Below, one piece after another: positions 34,260 through 47,699 of a stretch of 64,000 nt of DNA. This DNA is from Macrostomum hystrix. Its lineage: Eukaryota > Animalia > Platyhelminthes. The notes under the pieces are model-generated. The model saw only the letters and a program-made list of their open reading frames with translations, had not been told where the DNA came from and searched no databases. Positions within the stretch are counted from its first letter, which is position 1. Every line of letters begins with the position of its first letter. Where the stretch lies: contig CATNEN010000003.1 in NCBI GenBank assembly GCA_950097015.1, forward strand, positions 7,688,001 through 7,752,000, read 5' to 3'. The position numbers were made by a program, and so were the translations under genes.

Positions 34260-35365
34260 CTATCCAGAATGGGATCTGAGTTTATCTAGAATGAGATCTG
34301 AGTTTAACTAGTATGGGATCTGAGATCTATCTAGTATGGGATCTGAGTTTATCTAGAATGGGATCTGAGTTTAACTAGTATGGGATCTGAGATCTATCTA
34401 GTATGGGATCTGAGTTTATCTTGTATGGGATCTGAGATCTATCTAGTATGGGATCTGAGTTTATCTTGTATGGGATCTGAGATCTATCTAGTATGGGATC
34501 TGAGATCTATCTAGCTAGTATGGGATCTGAGATCTATCTAGTATGGGATCTGAGTTTAACTAGTATGGGATCTGAGTTTAACTAGTATGAGATCTGAGTT
34601 TAACTAGTATGGGATCTGAGATCTATCTAGTATGGGATCTGAGATCTATCTAGTATGTGATCTGAGATCTATCTAGTATGGGATCTGAGATCTATCTAGT
34701 ATGGGATCTGAGATCTATCTAGTATGGGATCTGAGTTTATCTAGTATGGGATCTGAGATCTATCTAGTATGGGATCTGAGATCTATCTAGTATGGGATCT
34801 GAGTTTATCTTGTATGGGATCTGAGATCTATCTAGTATGGGATCTGAGATCTATCTAGTATGGGATCTGAGTTTATCTTGTATGGGATCTGAGATCTATC
34901 TAGTATGGGATCTGAGATCTATCTAGCTAGTATGGGATCTGAGATCTATCTATCTAGTATGGGATCTGAGATCTATCTAGCTAGTATGGGATCTGAGATC
35001 TATCTAGCTAGTATGGGATCTGAGTTTAACTAGTATGGGATCTGAGATCTATCTAGTATGGGATCTGAGATCTATCTAGTATGGGATCTGAGTTTATCTT
35101 GTATGGGATCTGAGATCTATCTAGCTAGTATGGGATCTGAGTTTAACTAGTATGGGATCTGAGATCTATCTAGTATGGGATCTGAGATCTATCTAGTATG
35201 GGATCTGAGATCTATCTAGTATGGGATCTGAGATCTATCTGGTATGTGATCTGAGATCTATCTAGTATGGGATCTGAGATCTATCTGGTATGTGATCTGA
35301 GATCTATCTAGTATGGGATCTGAGATCTATCTGGTATGTGATCTGAGATCTATTTAGTATGGGAT
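34260..35365. repeat. 23-bp minisatellite (TATCTAGTATGGGATCTGAGATC)
   Basis: Tandem copies. Confidence 0.92.
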
Positions 35366-35894
35366 AATTCTCGCATTTGAGACAATCAAGATGGTATTTT
35401 GCTCTCTCTATATTCTTGAAAGTTAACCTTTGTAACAATTGTTTTAATTAATTTCAGCTAGTTGCAATTTTTTCTACGGATAGAAATCCCAATTCTATCA
35501 GGTTTAGTAATGCGAGCGGTCATGTTAGGCATGAAAGCTCTATGTTGCTATCTAGAATTCGGGTAAGCCACGTCTGAAAACTGACAGTGTGAGTTAGTAT
35601 TTGAATTTCAATCTTTTTCTAACAAAATCTGCTTGGTCGAATTTTCCTTGCAATATTCTTATCTTTGGGTGCATTGGACTATTGGTGCAATAGGTCTTTA
35701 ATATTTTCTTGCGTATATCCTATTTAATCTAAAACTATTATTATTATATTCCTGCATTCGACAAAAAGCGTGAATTCTGGTTATCTTTCTCCGAATGCAG
35801 TACTTGTGATATTTGTACATTTGATGCTTGCATTCTATATGCAAAACTCATTATAGATAAGCTCACAGTTGATCAGCACATTCTGAAGTAGATA

Positions 35895-36572
35895 ATAGGT
35901 TATTGGGACAAAATGACAGGTAGACAACAAGTTAGTATTATAGGCTGACAGGTAAATAAGCAGGTTATAGTGACAGACTGACAGATAGATAACAGGTTAT
36001 AGTGACAGGCTGACAGATAGATAACAGGTTATTGTGACAGGCTGACAAATAGATAACAGGTTATTGTGACAGGCTGACAGATAGATAACAGGTTATTGTG
36101 ACAGGCTGACAAATAGATAACAGGTTATTGTGACAGGCTGACAAATAGATAACAGGTTATTGTGACAGGCTGACAGATAGATAACAGGTTATTGTGACAG
36201 GCTGACAAATAGATAACAGGTTATTGTGACAGGCTGACAGATAGATAACAGGTTATTGTGACAGGCTGACAGATAGATAACAGGTTATTGTGACAAAATG
36301 ACAGATAGATAACAGGTTATTGTGACAGGCTGACAGATAGATAACAGGTTATTGTGACAAAATGACAGATAAATAAACAGGTTATTATTACAGGCTGACA
36401 GGTAGATAACAGGTTATTATTACAGGCTGACAGGTAGATAACAGGTTATTATTATAGGCTGACAGGTAAATATACAGGTTATTGTGACAGGCTGACAGAT
36501 AAATAAACAGGTTATTGTGACAGGCTGACAGGTAGATAAAATGTTATTGTGACAGGCTGACAGGTAGATAAC
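35895..36572. repeat. 32-bp minisatellite (ACAGGTTATTGTGACAGGCTGACAGATAGATA)
   Basis: Tandem copies. Confidence 0.9.
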
Positions 36573-37101
36573 ATATTATTATTGAAAGTTATCGAAAAAA
36601 AAACATTCGTGGCACTTTGCTTTTTATGTATTTTTACGATAATTATGTCATGTTGGTAATTTACAGTTTTTCTATGCCAAATAAACTCATCCTTTATCAC
36701 ATTTTTTCTCCAAACACCAAAAAAATAAATATTTTAGCGAATATTCTTTTAATAAAAAGTATTCTTTTGTGTGTGCAGTGCTTCGATTTCTGGTATAAAA
36801 GGCGCTTACGAGCTCGTAATTATATTTTCGGATAAAAGTATGAGTCGATACCCGATTCCGGGACCTGTACGTATTCTACAAACAATGCGATGCTAATTGA
36901 TCAGTTTTGTTTTAATTTGTTTAAAATAATGTTGCTTTTTCGTGTGTTATTAATGTACTGGCGTTTGTTGCGGTGATGAACATAATGCAAACCAAAATAA
37001 GATTCAGTTTTACTTTCAATAAATGGTATTAAGAAATCAATCAGTGATGAGTAAGATCTATTGTTGAGAGATCTGATTTATTTATCTTCAAATAGTTTCT
37101 C

Positions 37102-37207
37102 AAGGGCGTAAATTGCACTAAACCCCAAAGCTTAGAATGTGCCCTCGCCGCGGAATCGAGCTCAGGGACCTTGGCGCGAGAGGCAAACGCGTCAGACTGC
37201 TCCGATA
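37102..37207 (-). mobile_element. tRNA-derived SINE head, family B
   Basis: The minus strand GGAGCAGTCTGACGCGTTTGCCTCTCGCGCCAAGGTCCCTGAGCTCGATTCCGCGGCGAGGGC is tRNA-like but degenerate; homologous to 13162-13258. Confidence 0.5.
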
Positions 37208-37324
37208 GTTAGCCTTGAATTATTCGTCACAGTTGTTTCATCTCTTATTTCAGTGAATCAAAAGATGTGTTAACATTTTAGCAATCAATCAATCTATCTA
37301 TCAATCAAAGATTGATAATCAGTC

Positions 37325-40300
37325 ATGACTGCCGCAGATTTTAAGCGCACTCTAAATGCCTTCGCCAAGCATGGCAACTCCATGGCAACGCTGAGCCCCG
37401 TGTTGGCGCAGCTGCGTCTGGGCCTTCAGCTGCGCCTGACGCAACGAAATCAACGTAGGCCGGAGTTCGAATCCGGAGCAGATATCGACGATCAGGATCT
37501 GGCAGCTTTTGAAGCTTCCGCAATGTCGTCAACTGTAGACGACTTTGCCGCGGATACCGAGTGTATCTTTCAACTGCAGGAATTATTGTACAGCGATTCG
37601 GGACCACCTAACAGTTCGTCGGTGTCTGGTCTTTGTCTAAGCGGCAAACTGCATTTGCTGCTGCTGTTGCAGGAGAATGCGAATGCTTTAATTCGCTCTC
37701 AGAAAGGGTAAGCAGTTGCTAGAGATACTACTATAGTTCTTATTATCTATTTCGTAGTCTATATTTTCAGCGGTTTTTTTTCGATGGCTTCTGTAAGTTT
37801 GCTCAATCGCATTTAGTCTTTGTTCTTCGACATCATTAGACCTAATTAAAGAATTATTGACATTTTTTAAATAATTCATTCTTTAATTAATCGCAAGAAA
37901 TGTAGGATTGTAGTCTTTATTTGTTGATTTTTTGTCTCTTGTTTATCGAGCTTTATATTTTCTAAAGAACTTTAGTCTTTGTTTCAGGAATTTTTAATTT
38001 TTTAGATAAATTTAGGCTTAGTCAAATTAATTTTTTGTCTTTATTTAATGCGTTCTAGTCTTTGTTCATGCACTTTTCTCATATGAAATTGCTAAATTTT
38101 CTTCAACCGAAATCCACTACCCACAGCCTAGTCCAATTGCTGTCATTTCTATTGGAATTAACAAAATCGCAGCAGCAGCAGCAGCCGATTCACCTGACAG
38201 CCCAAGCAATGGTCTGCTGTTGCAGTCTCATAATTGCCGGAGATTTACTTGTAAGTGAGCATAAAGTTTAGTTTATTGAATTGAAATTAGTTTGTTTGAT
38301 AATTCGTATGTTTTTTACTCTACAGCGCGACGAAGATCAACTGTGCTCAAAGTTCATTTCTCACCTGTTGGAATTGGTTGGCAGTGTCAACAGTATTCAC
38401 GGCATTCTGCTCAGGTTCAGGGCTCTGCAGTGCCTTATTGCTCTCGAGGACTTTTATCCGGTTGGTTTTGATGCCATTCTAATAGAATTTTTATTTTCTG
38501 TACATGCATCTGTTCTACCTCTTAATTTATCTATTCCACTTGTTCATGCACCTGTTCTGCCTTTTCATGCATATTTTCTACCTGTTCTATCTGTTCGACT
38601 TGTTCATACATCTGTTCTACCTGTTCATGCATCTGTTCTACTTGTTCATGCACCTGATCTACCTGTTCATGCATCTGTTCTACTTGTTCATGCATCTTTT
38701 CTACCTGTTCATGCATCTGTTCTACCTGTTCATGCATCTGTTCTACCTGTTCATACATCTGCTCTACATGTTCATACATCTCTTCTACCTGTTCACGCAT
38801 CTGTTCGACTTGTTCATGCACCTGTTCTATCTGTTCATGCATCTGTTCGTATGTCTGTTCGTATACCTCTTGTCTATGTACGTCTATTCTACCTGTTTTT
38901 ATGCATGTTCTCTCTTTTACCTGTACTTATGTTTAATTTCAGTGTATTCTATCAAAGAAGCTCGACTATTTCTATCAGTTCTGCACCAGTGAGAGGACGT
39001 ATTTGTCAGAGTTTTACTACATACTGTTCTCAATGCTGTTGGTGCACGTGTTCAACTCTTGTATGAAGTAAGTCTCACCATTTCTGTATATTAATTAGTT
39101 TTTTCTTTTTAATTGTGATAATAAATCACTGCTTTTAAGGATTTGCTCGACTATAAAAATCGATATTAATCACGATAGATGCTACGTAATGTCAATCAAA
39201 TCCCAATACGTGTCAATCAAATCACAGTAGGTGTCAATCAAATCACAATAGGTGTCAATCAACTCACAATAGGTGTCAATCAAATCTCAGTAGGTGTCAA
39301 TCAAATCACAATAGGTGTCAATCAAATCACAATAGGTGTCAATCAAATCCCAATACGTGTCAATCAAATCACAGTAGGTGTCAATCAAATCACAATAGGT
39401 GTCAATCAAATCACAATAGATGTCAATCAAATCACAATAGGTGTCAATCAAATCGCAGTAGGTGTCAATCAAATCACAATAGATGTCAATCAAATCACAA
39501 TAGGTGTCAATCAAATCGCAGTAGGTGTCAATCAAATCGCAATAGATGTCAATCAAATCGCAATAGATGTCAATCAAATCGCAATAGGTGTCAATCAAAT
39601 CACAATAGGTGTCAATCAAATCGCAGTAGGTGTCAATCAAATCACAATAGATGTCAATCAAATCACAATAGGTGTCAATCAAATCGCAATAGATGTCAAT
39701 CAAATCACAATAGATGTCAATCAAATCACAATAGGTGTCAATCAAATCGCAGTAGGTGTCAATCAAATCACAATAGGTGTCAATCAAATCACAATAGGTG
39801 TCAATCAAATCACAGTAGGTGTCAATCAAATCACAATAGGTGTCAATCAACTCACAATAGGTGTCAATCAAATCTCAGTAGGTGTCAATCAAATCACAAT
39901 AGGTGTCAATCAAATCATAATAGGTGTCAATCAAATCCCAATACGTGTCAATCAAATCACAGTAGGTGTCAATCAAATCCCAATACGTGTCAATCAAATC
40001 ACAGGTGTCAATCAAATCACAATAGGTGTCAATCAAATCGCAGTAGGTGTCAATCAAATCACAATAGATGTCAATCAAATCACAATAGGTGTCAATCAAA
40101 TCGCAACAGGTGTCAATCAAATCCCAATACGTGTCAATCAAATCACAGTAGGTGTCAATCAAATCACAATAGGTGTCAATCAAATCACAATAGGTGTCAA
40201 TCAAATCACAATACGTGTCAATCAAATCACAACAGGTGTCAATCAAATCCCAATACGTGTCAATCAAATCACAGTAGGTGTCAATCAAATCACAATAGGT

Positions 40301-43300
40301 GTCAATCAAATCACAATAGGTGTCAATCAAATCACAATAGGTGTCAATCAAATCTCAGTAGGTGTCAATTAAATCACAATAGGTGTCAATTAAATCACAA
40401 TAGGTGTCAATCAAATCACAATAGGTGTCAATCAAATCACAGTAGGTGTCAATCAAATCACAATTCTCTCCTGACAGGGAGTCGGGCAGTTGGTCCGACG
40501 ATCGGCTCTGCAGCCGGGTGGAATCCCTCCCAGCCCTGTCCCTGTCATCAATGCAGCCTCTACGGGGTCGGCAATCTCTTCTACCAACGGCAGCGTCGGC
40601 TATCGCTATCGAAGTGTCGCTTTCGACTTCCAGCTCCTCGCCGGAGCTTTCTCGCGCCGTCGGCCACCTGACGTCCGCTCTGGATTCTGGCAGACTATCA
40701 CCCGTCGCCTTCTCCGCCCTCTGTCGCTGCGTCGGTCACCTGCTTGACGCCATCGGAGCCGGCGGTCGAGGTTTGCGCACCGCGTTCTACCGTCGGCTGC
40801 CGTCTTGGGATGCCATTGTTCTGGCAGCTTTGGCAGGTGATAATTTGTGTTTTAACCTGCCTGTCGCTTAAATTTTCACACCTCAAACGGTCCTTTTAAG
40901 TCGGCCGCTAATGATACCTCTAGAAATTTGCCACCTTATCTAACCTCAAAAGGCACCAAAAATATCAGGCGGTGTCCTTTGAAGCTAACTCCCACCCCTT
41001 ACCAATTATCGCTTAAAGTTAGCCGCCGCTAAATATCAACTACAGACTTCAAATAAGGTACCCTTTGAAGTTTGCCGCCGCTAAAAAAGTACGAGTAAAA
41101 CAGGCTTCAATTTAAATATTCTTTGAAGTTTGCCGCCGCGAAATATCTACATCAAGCTTTAACTAAAAAATACCCTTTGAAGTTTGCCGCCACGAAAAAT
41201 CTACATCAAGCTTCAACTAAAAATGCCCTTCTAAGTTTGCCGCCGCAAAATATCTACAACAGGCTTCAACTAAAATACCCTTTGAAGTTTGCCGCCGCTA
41301 AATATCTACAACAGGCTTCAACTAAAATACCCTTTGAAGTTTGCCGCCGCTAAATATTTACATCAAGCTTCAACTAAAAATGCCCTTTGAAGTTTGCCGC
41401 CGCTAAATATCTACAACAGGCTTCAACTAAAATACCCTTTGAAGTTTGCCGCCGCTAAATATCTACAACAGGCTTCAACTAAAATACCCTATGAAGTTTG
41501 CCGCCTATTGTATCAAGTAGTATATCATTTAAAGTTCGAATTTTCATAATCAATTTTTTTAAATCGCCATGCAGGACTTCGTCAGCGTTTCGGTTTGGCA
41601 GCTCTCGGCTGCTCAGATGAACTCGGCGGCGACTGGCTAGCACTGTCAATTCAACGCGTGGCCAGTTCACCACTATTCTCAACTCCGCTCCGTCTGCTCA
41701 TGTGTCACTACCTGTCCGCCTATCCGCATCTGCGACTGTGCCGCGGCAGAGACACCTTCCCGGAGCCTGCTTCCAGGCAGCTGGTTGCCGCCCTGCTTCC
41801 GGGCATATTCGATCCGGTCGATCTGCGGGTGCTCAAAGTGCGCCTGCTCAGTTTGAGATTCGCGCCGAAGGATAGCTCAGGTGAGCTGGATTAAAGAAAA
41901 TGATTTAGTCTTGAATTCGAAACTGTAGTTCAATAGTGACTTAATTATTAATAATCTAATCCGATTTCAGATCATTATAATCAATTGTTAAAAGGTAGCA
42001 GTCCGCCAGTTCCTTGGTGCAAGATGCTTATTATATTACTAGTGTTAGTATAGCTTGTGCTATATTTTAAGGGCTTGTATAATTTCGTATATTTAATGCT
42101 GCAACTAGCATGCTGAGTGTTAAAAAATATGTTTGCTAAAAATCGTTTACTAACATTCAAATATATTGGTTAGAAATTGAGCCAAAATGCTCATAGTTTA
42201 GAATGAATGCATGAACTGAATTTAAACTTATTAGATTGTTAAAAATATGAAACACATTCACAGTGACATCATTTTTGTCTAGAGGCTTATGAACCACGAT
42301 TAATGATTTGTCACTCATCTAGCTCCTTTGTGTGATAAAGAATGTTGTTCCTCTATGTACAAAAAGAATTGGGATTTTTATCCCCAGTGTAGTGACGTGT
42401 ACTTTGGAATGGGATTTTTATCACCAGTGTAGTGACGTGTACTTTGGAATGGGATTTTTATCCCCAGTGTACTTGGGAAGGGGATTTTTTCCTTAGTGTA
42501 CTAAAAATTAGGATTTTTCCTCAGTGTTTTTGGGAATGGAATTTTAATCCTTAGTGTTCTTGGGAATGGGATTTTTATCCTCAGTGTTCTTGGGAATGGG
42601 ATTTTAATCCTCAGTGTTCTTGGGAATGGGATTTTAATCCTCAGTGTTCTTGGGAATGGGATTTTAATCCTCAGTGTTCTTGGGAATGGGATTTTAATCC
42701 TCAGTGTTCTTGGGAATGGAATTTTAATCCTCAGTGTTCTTGGGAATGGGATTTTAATCCTCAGTGTTCTTGGGAATGGGATTTTAATCCTCAGTGTTCT
42801 TGGGAATGGGATTTTTATCCTCAGTGTTCTTGGGAATGGGATTTTTATCCTCAGTGTTCTTGGGAATGGGATTTTAATCCTTAGTGTTCTTGGGAATGGG
42901 ATTTTTATCCTCAGTGTTCTTGGGAATGGGATTTTAATCCTTAGTGTTCTTGGGAATGGGATTTTTATCCTTAGTGTTCTTGGGAATGGGATTTTTATCC
43001 TTAGTGTTCTTGGGAATGGGATTTTTATCCTTAGTGTTCTTGGGAATGGGATTTTAATCCTTAGTGTACATCGAAATGGGATATATATCCTCAGTGTTCT
43101 TGGGAATGAAATTTCGATCTTTACTGTACTTGGTATTTTAAGAAATTTTATTATTTTTTCCCGATTTTCCTGATATTCGAACTCCCGACCACGCCGTGTC
43201 AGAAGTCAGAGCCACTAAACTTTCTGAACAAATTTCAGACGAAGCGTCCGCCTGCCTGATGGGCACCCTTGTCAGTTTGAGCAGGCCAGCTATAAAATCT

Positions 43301-46300
43301 GGCGGAAGCGGTCGCCACGCTGTGGCCTTCTTTGCCAGCTTGTACGCCGTGTTCTCTAGACACCACGCGAGCGTTCTCGGCGACGACATTCGCCAGATGC
43401 TAATTAGCATGGTCAATGCCAACCTGGCATTCGCTGATCACCTGTTGGACTTTTTAGATTGCGTCACTCAGGACTTCCCGGACTCGGAACTGCCCTATCA
43501 GGTGAGGGAATTGAAGACTTATCAGTCACTCTGATTAGCAATTTTTTCACATCACTGACTTCATTTGTGTACTGAAGGGTGGGATTTCTTCCTCTCTATG
43601 TTTAAAGAAATTGAAATTTTTTATCCTCTTTTCTTTTAAAGTTTTTTAGTCTAGTTGGAAAGGAATCATATTCCTTAGTGCAGTAACAAGTGGGATTTTT
43701 ATCCACACTAAGGAATCGGATTTTAATACACACTAAGGAATGGGATTTTAAAACACACTAAGGAATGGGATTTTTATCCCCAGTGTACTAAGGAATGGGA
43801 TTTTTATCCCCAGTGTACTAAGGAATGGGATTTCTATCCCCAGTGTACTAAGGAATGGGATTTCTATCCCCAGTGTACTAAGGAATGGGATTTCTATCCC
43901 CAGTGGACTAAGGAATGGTATTTTTATCCCCAGTGTACTAAGGACTGGTATTTTTATCCCCAGTGTACTAAGGAATGGGATTTTTATTCCGTGTACTAAG
44001 GAATAGGATTTCTATCCCCAGTGTACTAAGGAATGGGATTTTTATCCCCAGTGTACTAAGGAATGGGATTTCTATCCCCAGTGTACTAAGGAATGGGATT
44101 TTTATCCCGTGTACTAAGGACTGGTATTTTTATCCCCAGTGTACTAAGGAATTGGATTTCTATCCCCAGTGTACTAAGGAATGGTATTTTTATCCCCAGT
44201 GTACTAAGGACTGGTATTTTTATCCCCAGTGTACTAAGGAATGGGATTTTTATCCCGTGTACTAAGGAATGGGATTTTTATCCCATGTACTAAGGAATGG
44301 TATTTTTATCCCCAGTGTACTAAGGACTGGTATTTTTATCCCCAGTGTACTAAGGAATGGGATTTTTATTCCGTGTACTAAGGAATAGGATTTCTATCCC
44401 CAGTGTACTAAGGAATGGGATTTTTATCCCCAGTGTACTAAGGAATGGGATTTCTATCCCCAGTGTACTAAGGAATGGGATTTTTATCCCGTGTACTAAG
44501 GACTGGTATTTTTATCCCCAGTGTACTAAGGAATGGGATTTCTATCCCCAGTGTACTAAGGAATGGGATTTTTATCCCGTGTACTAAGGACTGGTATTTT
44601 TATCCCCAGTGTACTAAGGAATGGTATTTTTATCCCCAGTGTGTAAGGGATAGGATTTCAATCTCCAGTGCACTAAGGAATGGGATTTCAAAGCTTAAAG
44701 TACCTAGGAACGGGGATAAAATTATTCGGTTAAACGATCGAATTTCATACACTCATTTACGTCACCACACATCTCTAACGCTAATTCCTTGACTCCAAAT
44801 GAAATTCTACTTCATTAATTACCAACAATGGCAGGCCTACTCTGAACTGTGCGACTTTGTAGCCGTCAACAGTCTAGAGAATGCATCAGACAAGCGGTCG
44901 CTGTCTCGCTACATGACCATTTTAAATCGAGCCGCCATGTACAATCGAATATCGCCTCAACCAATAGTTGATTTCTTAGTTCAATTAGTTGCCGCAGACG
45001 AGGCTAATCTAATCGACGACGCCGATCTTGACGCCGCTGATGCCGTTAGCGACGCCGGCAACTGGCTGTGCGGACATCTAGTACTGGATGTTTGTCGATC
45101 GATATTTCGTACCCATTGGTCCAAGCTGCACTCCGACCCTGAGATGATGGCCGCACTGTGCGGCGTTGTTGCTAACTGGGCAGGCTTGAAGGATGACAGT
45201 CTAGACATTGACGTGGATGTCAGATCTAGGGCTCAGTTGTACTATTCTCTGGCTTGTCACATGTCTGCAAAGAAATTGGCATCAATTGTATTCGAATCTG
45301 CTACTGCTATCAGTGAGTTTTCAAATCCGAACATTTTTGTTAGGGGTATGCAGTCTAGTAAGGTCTTGTGGACTGGTGAATAAATGCTAAAGTCATTAGG
45401 GATAATGAAGTTATTTAGGGATAATGAGTATGCAGGTAAATAAAAAGACGGGATAGACGAGACATGAGAGAGATGAGATAGGAGATAAGATAGCGGAGAG
45501 AGAAGACACGGGAGAGTTGAGACACGGAAGGGATGAGACTAGAGTGGAGATAAGACAGAGGAGAGATGATACTAGAGTGGAGATAACACAGGGGAGAGAT
45601 GATACTAGAGTGGAGATAAGACAGGGGAGAGATGATACTAGAGTGGAGATAAGACAGGGGAGAGATGATACTAGAGTGGAGATAAGACAGGAGAGAGATG
45701 ATACTAGAGTGGAGATAAGACAGGGGAGATAAGATTGGGTAGAGTTTAGACACGGGAGAGATAAGATTAGGTAGAGTTTAGACACGGGAGAGATACGATT
45801 GGATAGAGTTTAGACACGGGAGAGATAATATTGGGTAGAGTTTAGACACGGGAGAGATGAGATTGGATAGAGTTTAGACACGGGAGAGATAAGATTGGAT
45901 AGAGTTTAGACACGGGAGAGATGAGATTGGATAGAGTTTAGGCACGGGAGAAATGAGATTGGATAGAGTTTAGACACGGGAGAGATGAGATTGGATAGAG
46001 TTTAGACACGGGAGAGATAAGATTAGATAGAGTTTAGACACGGGAGAGATAAGATTGGATAGAGTTTAGACACGGGAGAGAGGAGACACGGAGAGAAATA
46101 AGACTAGGGGAGAGAAGAGACAGGGAAAAAGGACATACATATAAGGGAGGCAAGAGAAATGGCAAAGAGGAAATTAGAGATGTAATACTAAATTTTGCGG
46201 CAAAAGAAAGATAGACTCATGCTGAGACTAGTATAACAGTCATAATCTACTAGAACTTGAACATTGCATTTAAAACACAGTGGCTTCATCTCCCGTCGAA

Positions 46301-47572
46301 GCGTCAGATTCTCAATCGACTGATCGATCAATCAATACAAATCGTACTAGAACAAGTCTGGCTGTGACCGCACCGCCGGCTACACAAGCCATGCCTGAGA
46401 TGCGTGTACTAACTAAAGCACCCATTGAGCTGCTACTCAAAACTGACTCAATTATGGTAGAATTTGATCAGGCTCAACAACAACACGGAGACTCGGCAGT
46501 TTTGTTAGTACCTGTTCAACTGATTGTGAGTGTTAATTTGCATCATTTGGTTTTTAATATGGCGTTAAGATTGGTCAAGACAAAATCATTCTGATTGGTC
46601 CGGATACAGTTATTCTGATTGGTCAGGATTCAATCATTCTAATTGGTCAGGATTCAATCATTCTAATTGGTCAGGATTCAATCATTCTAATTGGTCATGA
46701 TTCAATCATTCTAATTGGTCATGATTCAATCATTCTAATTGGTCATGATTCAATCATTCTAATTGGTCAGGATTCAATCGATTTGATTAGTCAGAATTAA
46801 ATTGAATCGATCATCAGAGCTTTCTTTTCTCACCGTGAAGTGTCACCGGACACCGGAGCTAGTCGGCGAAACCTGTCTACTCGCCGGCGACTTAACTTTC
46901 TCGGCCTATTCGGACTACGACGCGCCTTGTAGCGTCGAATCTAATCAGAAAGGCCCTAGTAACAGCGAAGATCCCATAGCAACCGTGGAGCCTATTCACC
47001 TGCCTCGAATTCGCCTTCCTAAAATTGTCGCTGACAATCAGTCAACTTCGCCGTCGAGTAGCCAAATCGACCTGAAGCTCCGCGTTTTCTGTCATCGGCC
47101 TCTGCCCTTTGGACTAGAAATTCGCCTCGACTGCACCGCCGGAGTCGAGTGTCGACCTCTGACGTCTACGCTATCGCCGCTTCGCCTTAGCCTATCCGAT
47201 CTGCTTCAACCGTTGCCTAGCAACCGCTTAGGCGTCGACCTCAGCAACTGGTGCCAACTAGATCGGCCCGGCGCCTCATTTGTCCGCTTTTCTCCTGGCA
47301 GGGCTGCAACAATCGACTGTAAATTGGCGCGCTATCGACTGCCTGCGAATGGCGAGGCTTCGTCTACGACCAACTGTTGTTGCTACGGATTTCGAGTGTC
47401 TCCAAATTGTCAATTGCGTCTACAGGTGACAGCTGCCCCCTTGGCTGATCTTCTATATTTCTGCGTTATTGAAGACGACTGCGAGAACGCCGCCAAGTTG
47501 AAGTCTCCATCTGGCGACGCCTGGCAACTGTTGCTGCACTTCGACCGATATTTGAAGGCCAATTTTGAATAG
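37325..47572 (+). CDS. AP5B1: AP-5 complex subunit beta-1 homolog; exons 37325-37707, 38127-38250, 38326-38460, 38943-39067, 40478-40836, 41575-41880, 43203-43501, 44835-45375, 46281-46525, 46841-47572
   Basis: LRFRALQCLIALEDFYP|CIL...CTSERT, LLPGIFDPVDL, WLCGHLVLDVCRSIF...DVDVRSRAQLYYSLACHMSAKKL and VEPIHLP...LSLSDLLQP resemble AP5B1 blocks. GT-AG junctions are phase-consistent. Confidence 0.78.
38500..38850. repeat. 21-bp minisatellite (TGTTCATGCATCTGTTCTACC)
   Basis: Tandem copies. Confidence 0.88.
39190..40463. repeat. 21-bp minisatellite (GTCAATCAAATCACAATAGGT)
   Basis: Tandem copies ending ~14 nt before the splice acceptor. Confidence 0.93.
41015..41505. repeat. 52-bp minisatellite (TTTGAAGTTTGCCGCCGCTAAATATCTACAACAGGCTTCAACTAAAATACCC)
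   Basis: Tandem copies, period 52. Confidence 0.88.
42370..43110. repeat. 30-bp minisatellite (GGAATGGGATTTTAATCCTCAGTGTTCTTG)
   Basis: Tandem copies. Confidence 0.9.
43690..44690. repeat. 30-bp minisatellite (GGAATGGGATTTTTATCCCCAGTGTACTAA), related to 42370-43110
   Basis: Tandem copies, some 28-bp deletion variants. Confidence 0.9.
45500..46085. repeat. Purine-rich 33-bp then 32-bp minisatellites
   Basis: GAGATGATACTAGAGTGGAGATAAGACAGGGGA followed by GAGATAAGATTGGATAGAGTTTAGACACGGGA. Confidence 0.85.
46585..46790. repeat. 24-bp minisatellite (ATTCTAATTGGTCAGGATTCAATC)
   Basis: Tandem copies. Confidence 0.85.
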
Positions 47573-47699
47573 ACTTCTGTATAATTGCAACCTGCTGAAA
47601 TTCCTTTAACTGTTTGACTGTTTTAAGCATAATATTTTATGTGTATAAATAATGTGTCTCATAAAACTATACTATTATCCTCCGTACACTTTCTATAAT

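Noticed and set aside
36791-36805. TATA-like GGTATAAAAGGCG upstream of AP5B1
   Set aside because: A single motif in AT-rich DNA ~530 bp from the ATG, with no independent support
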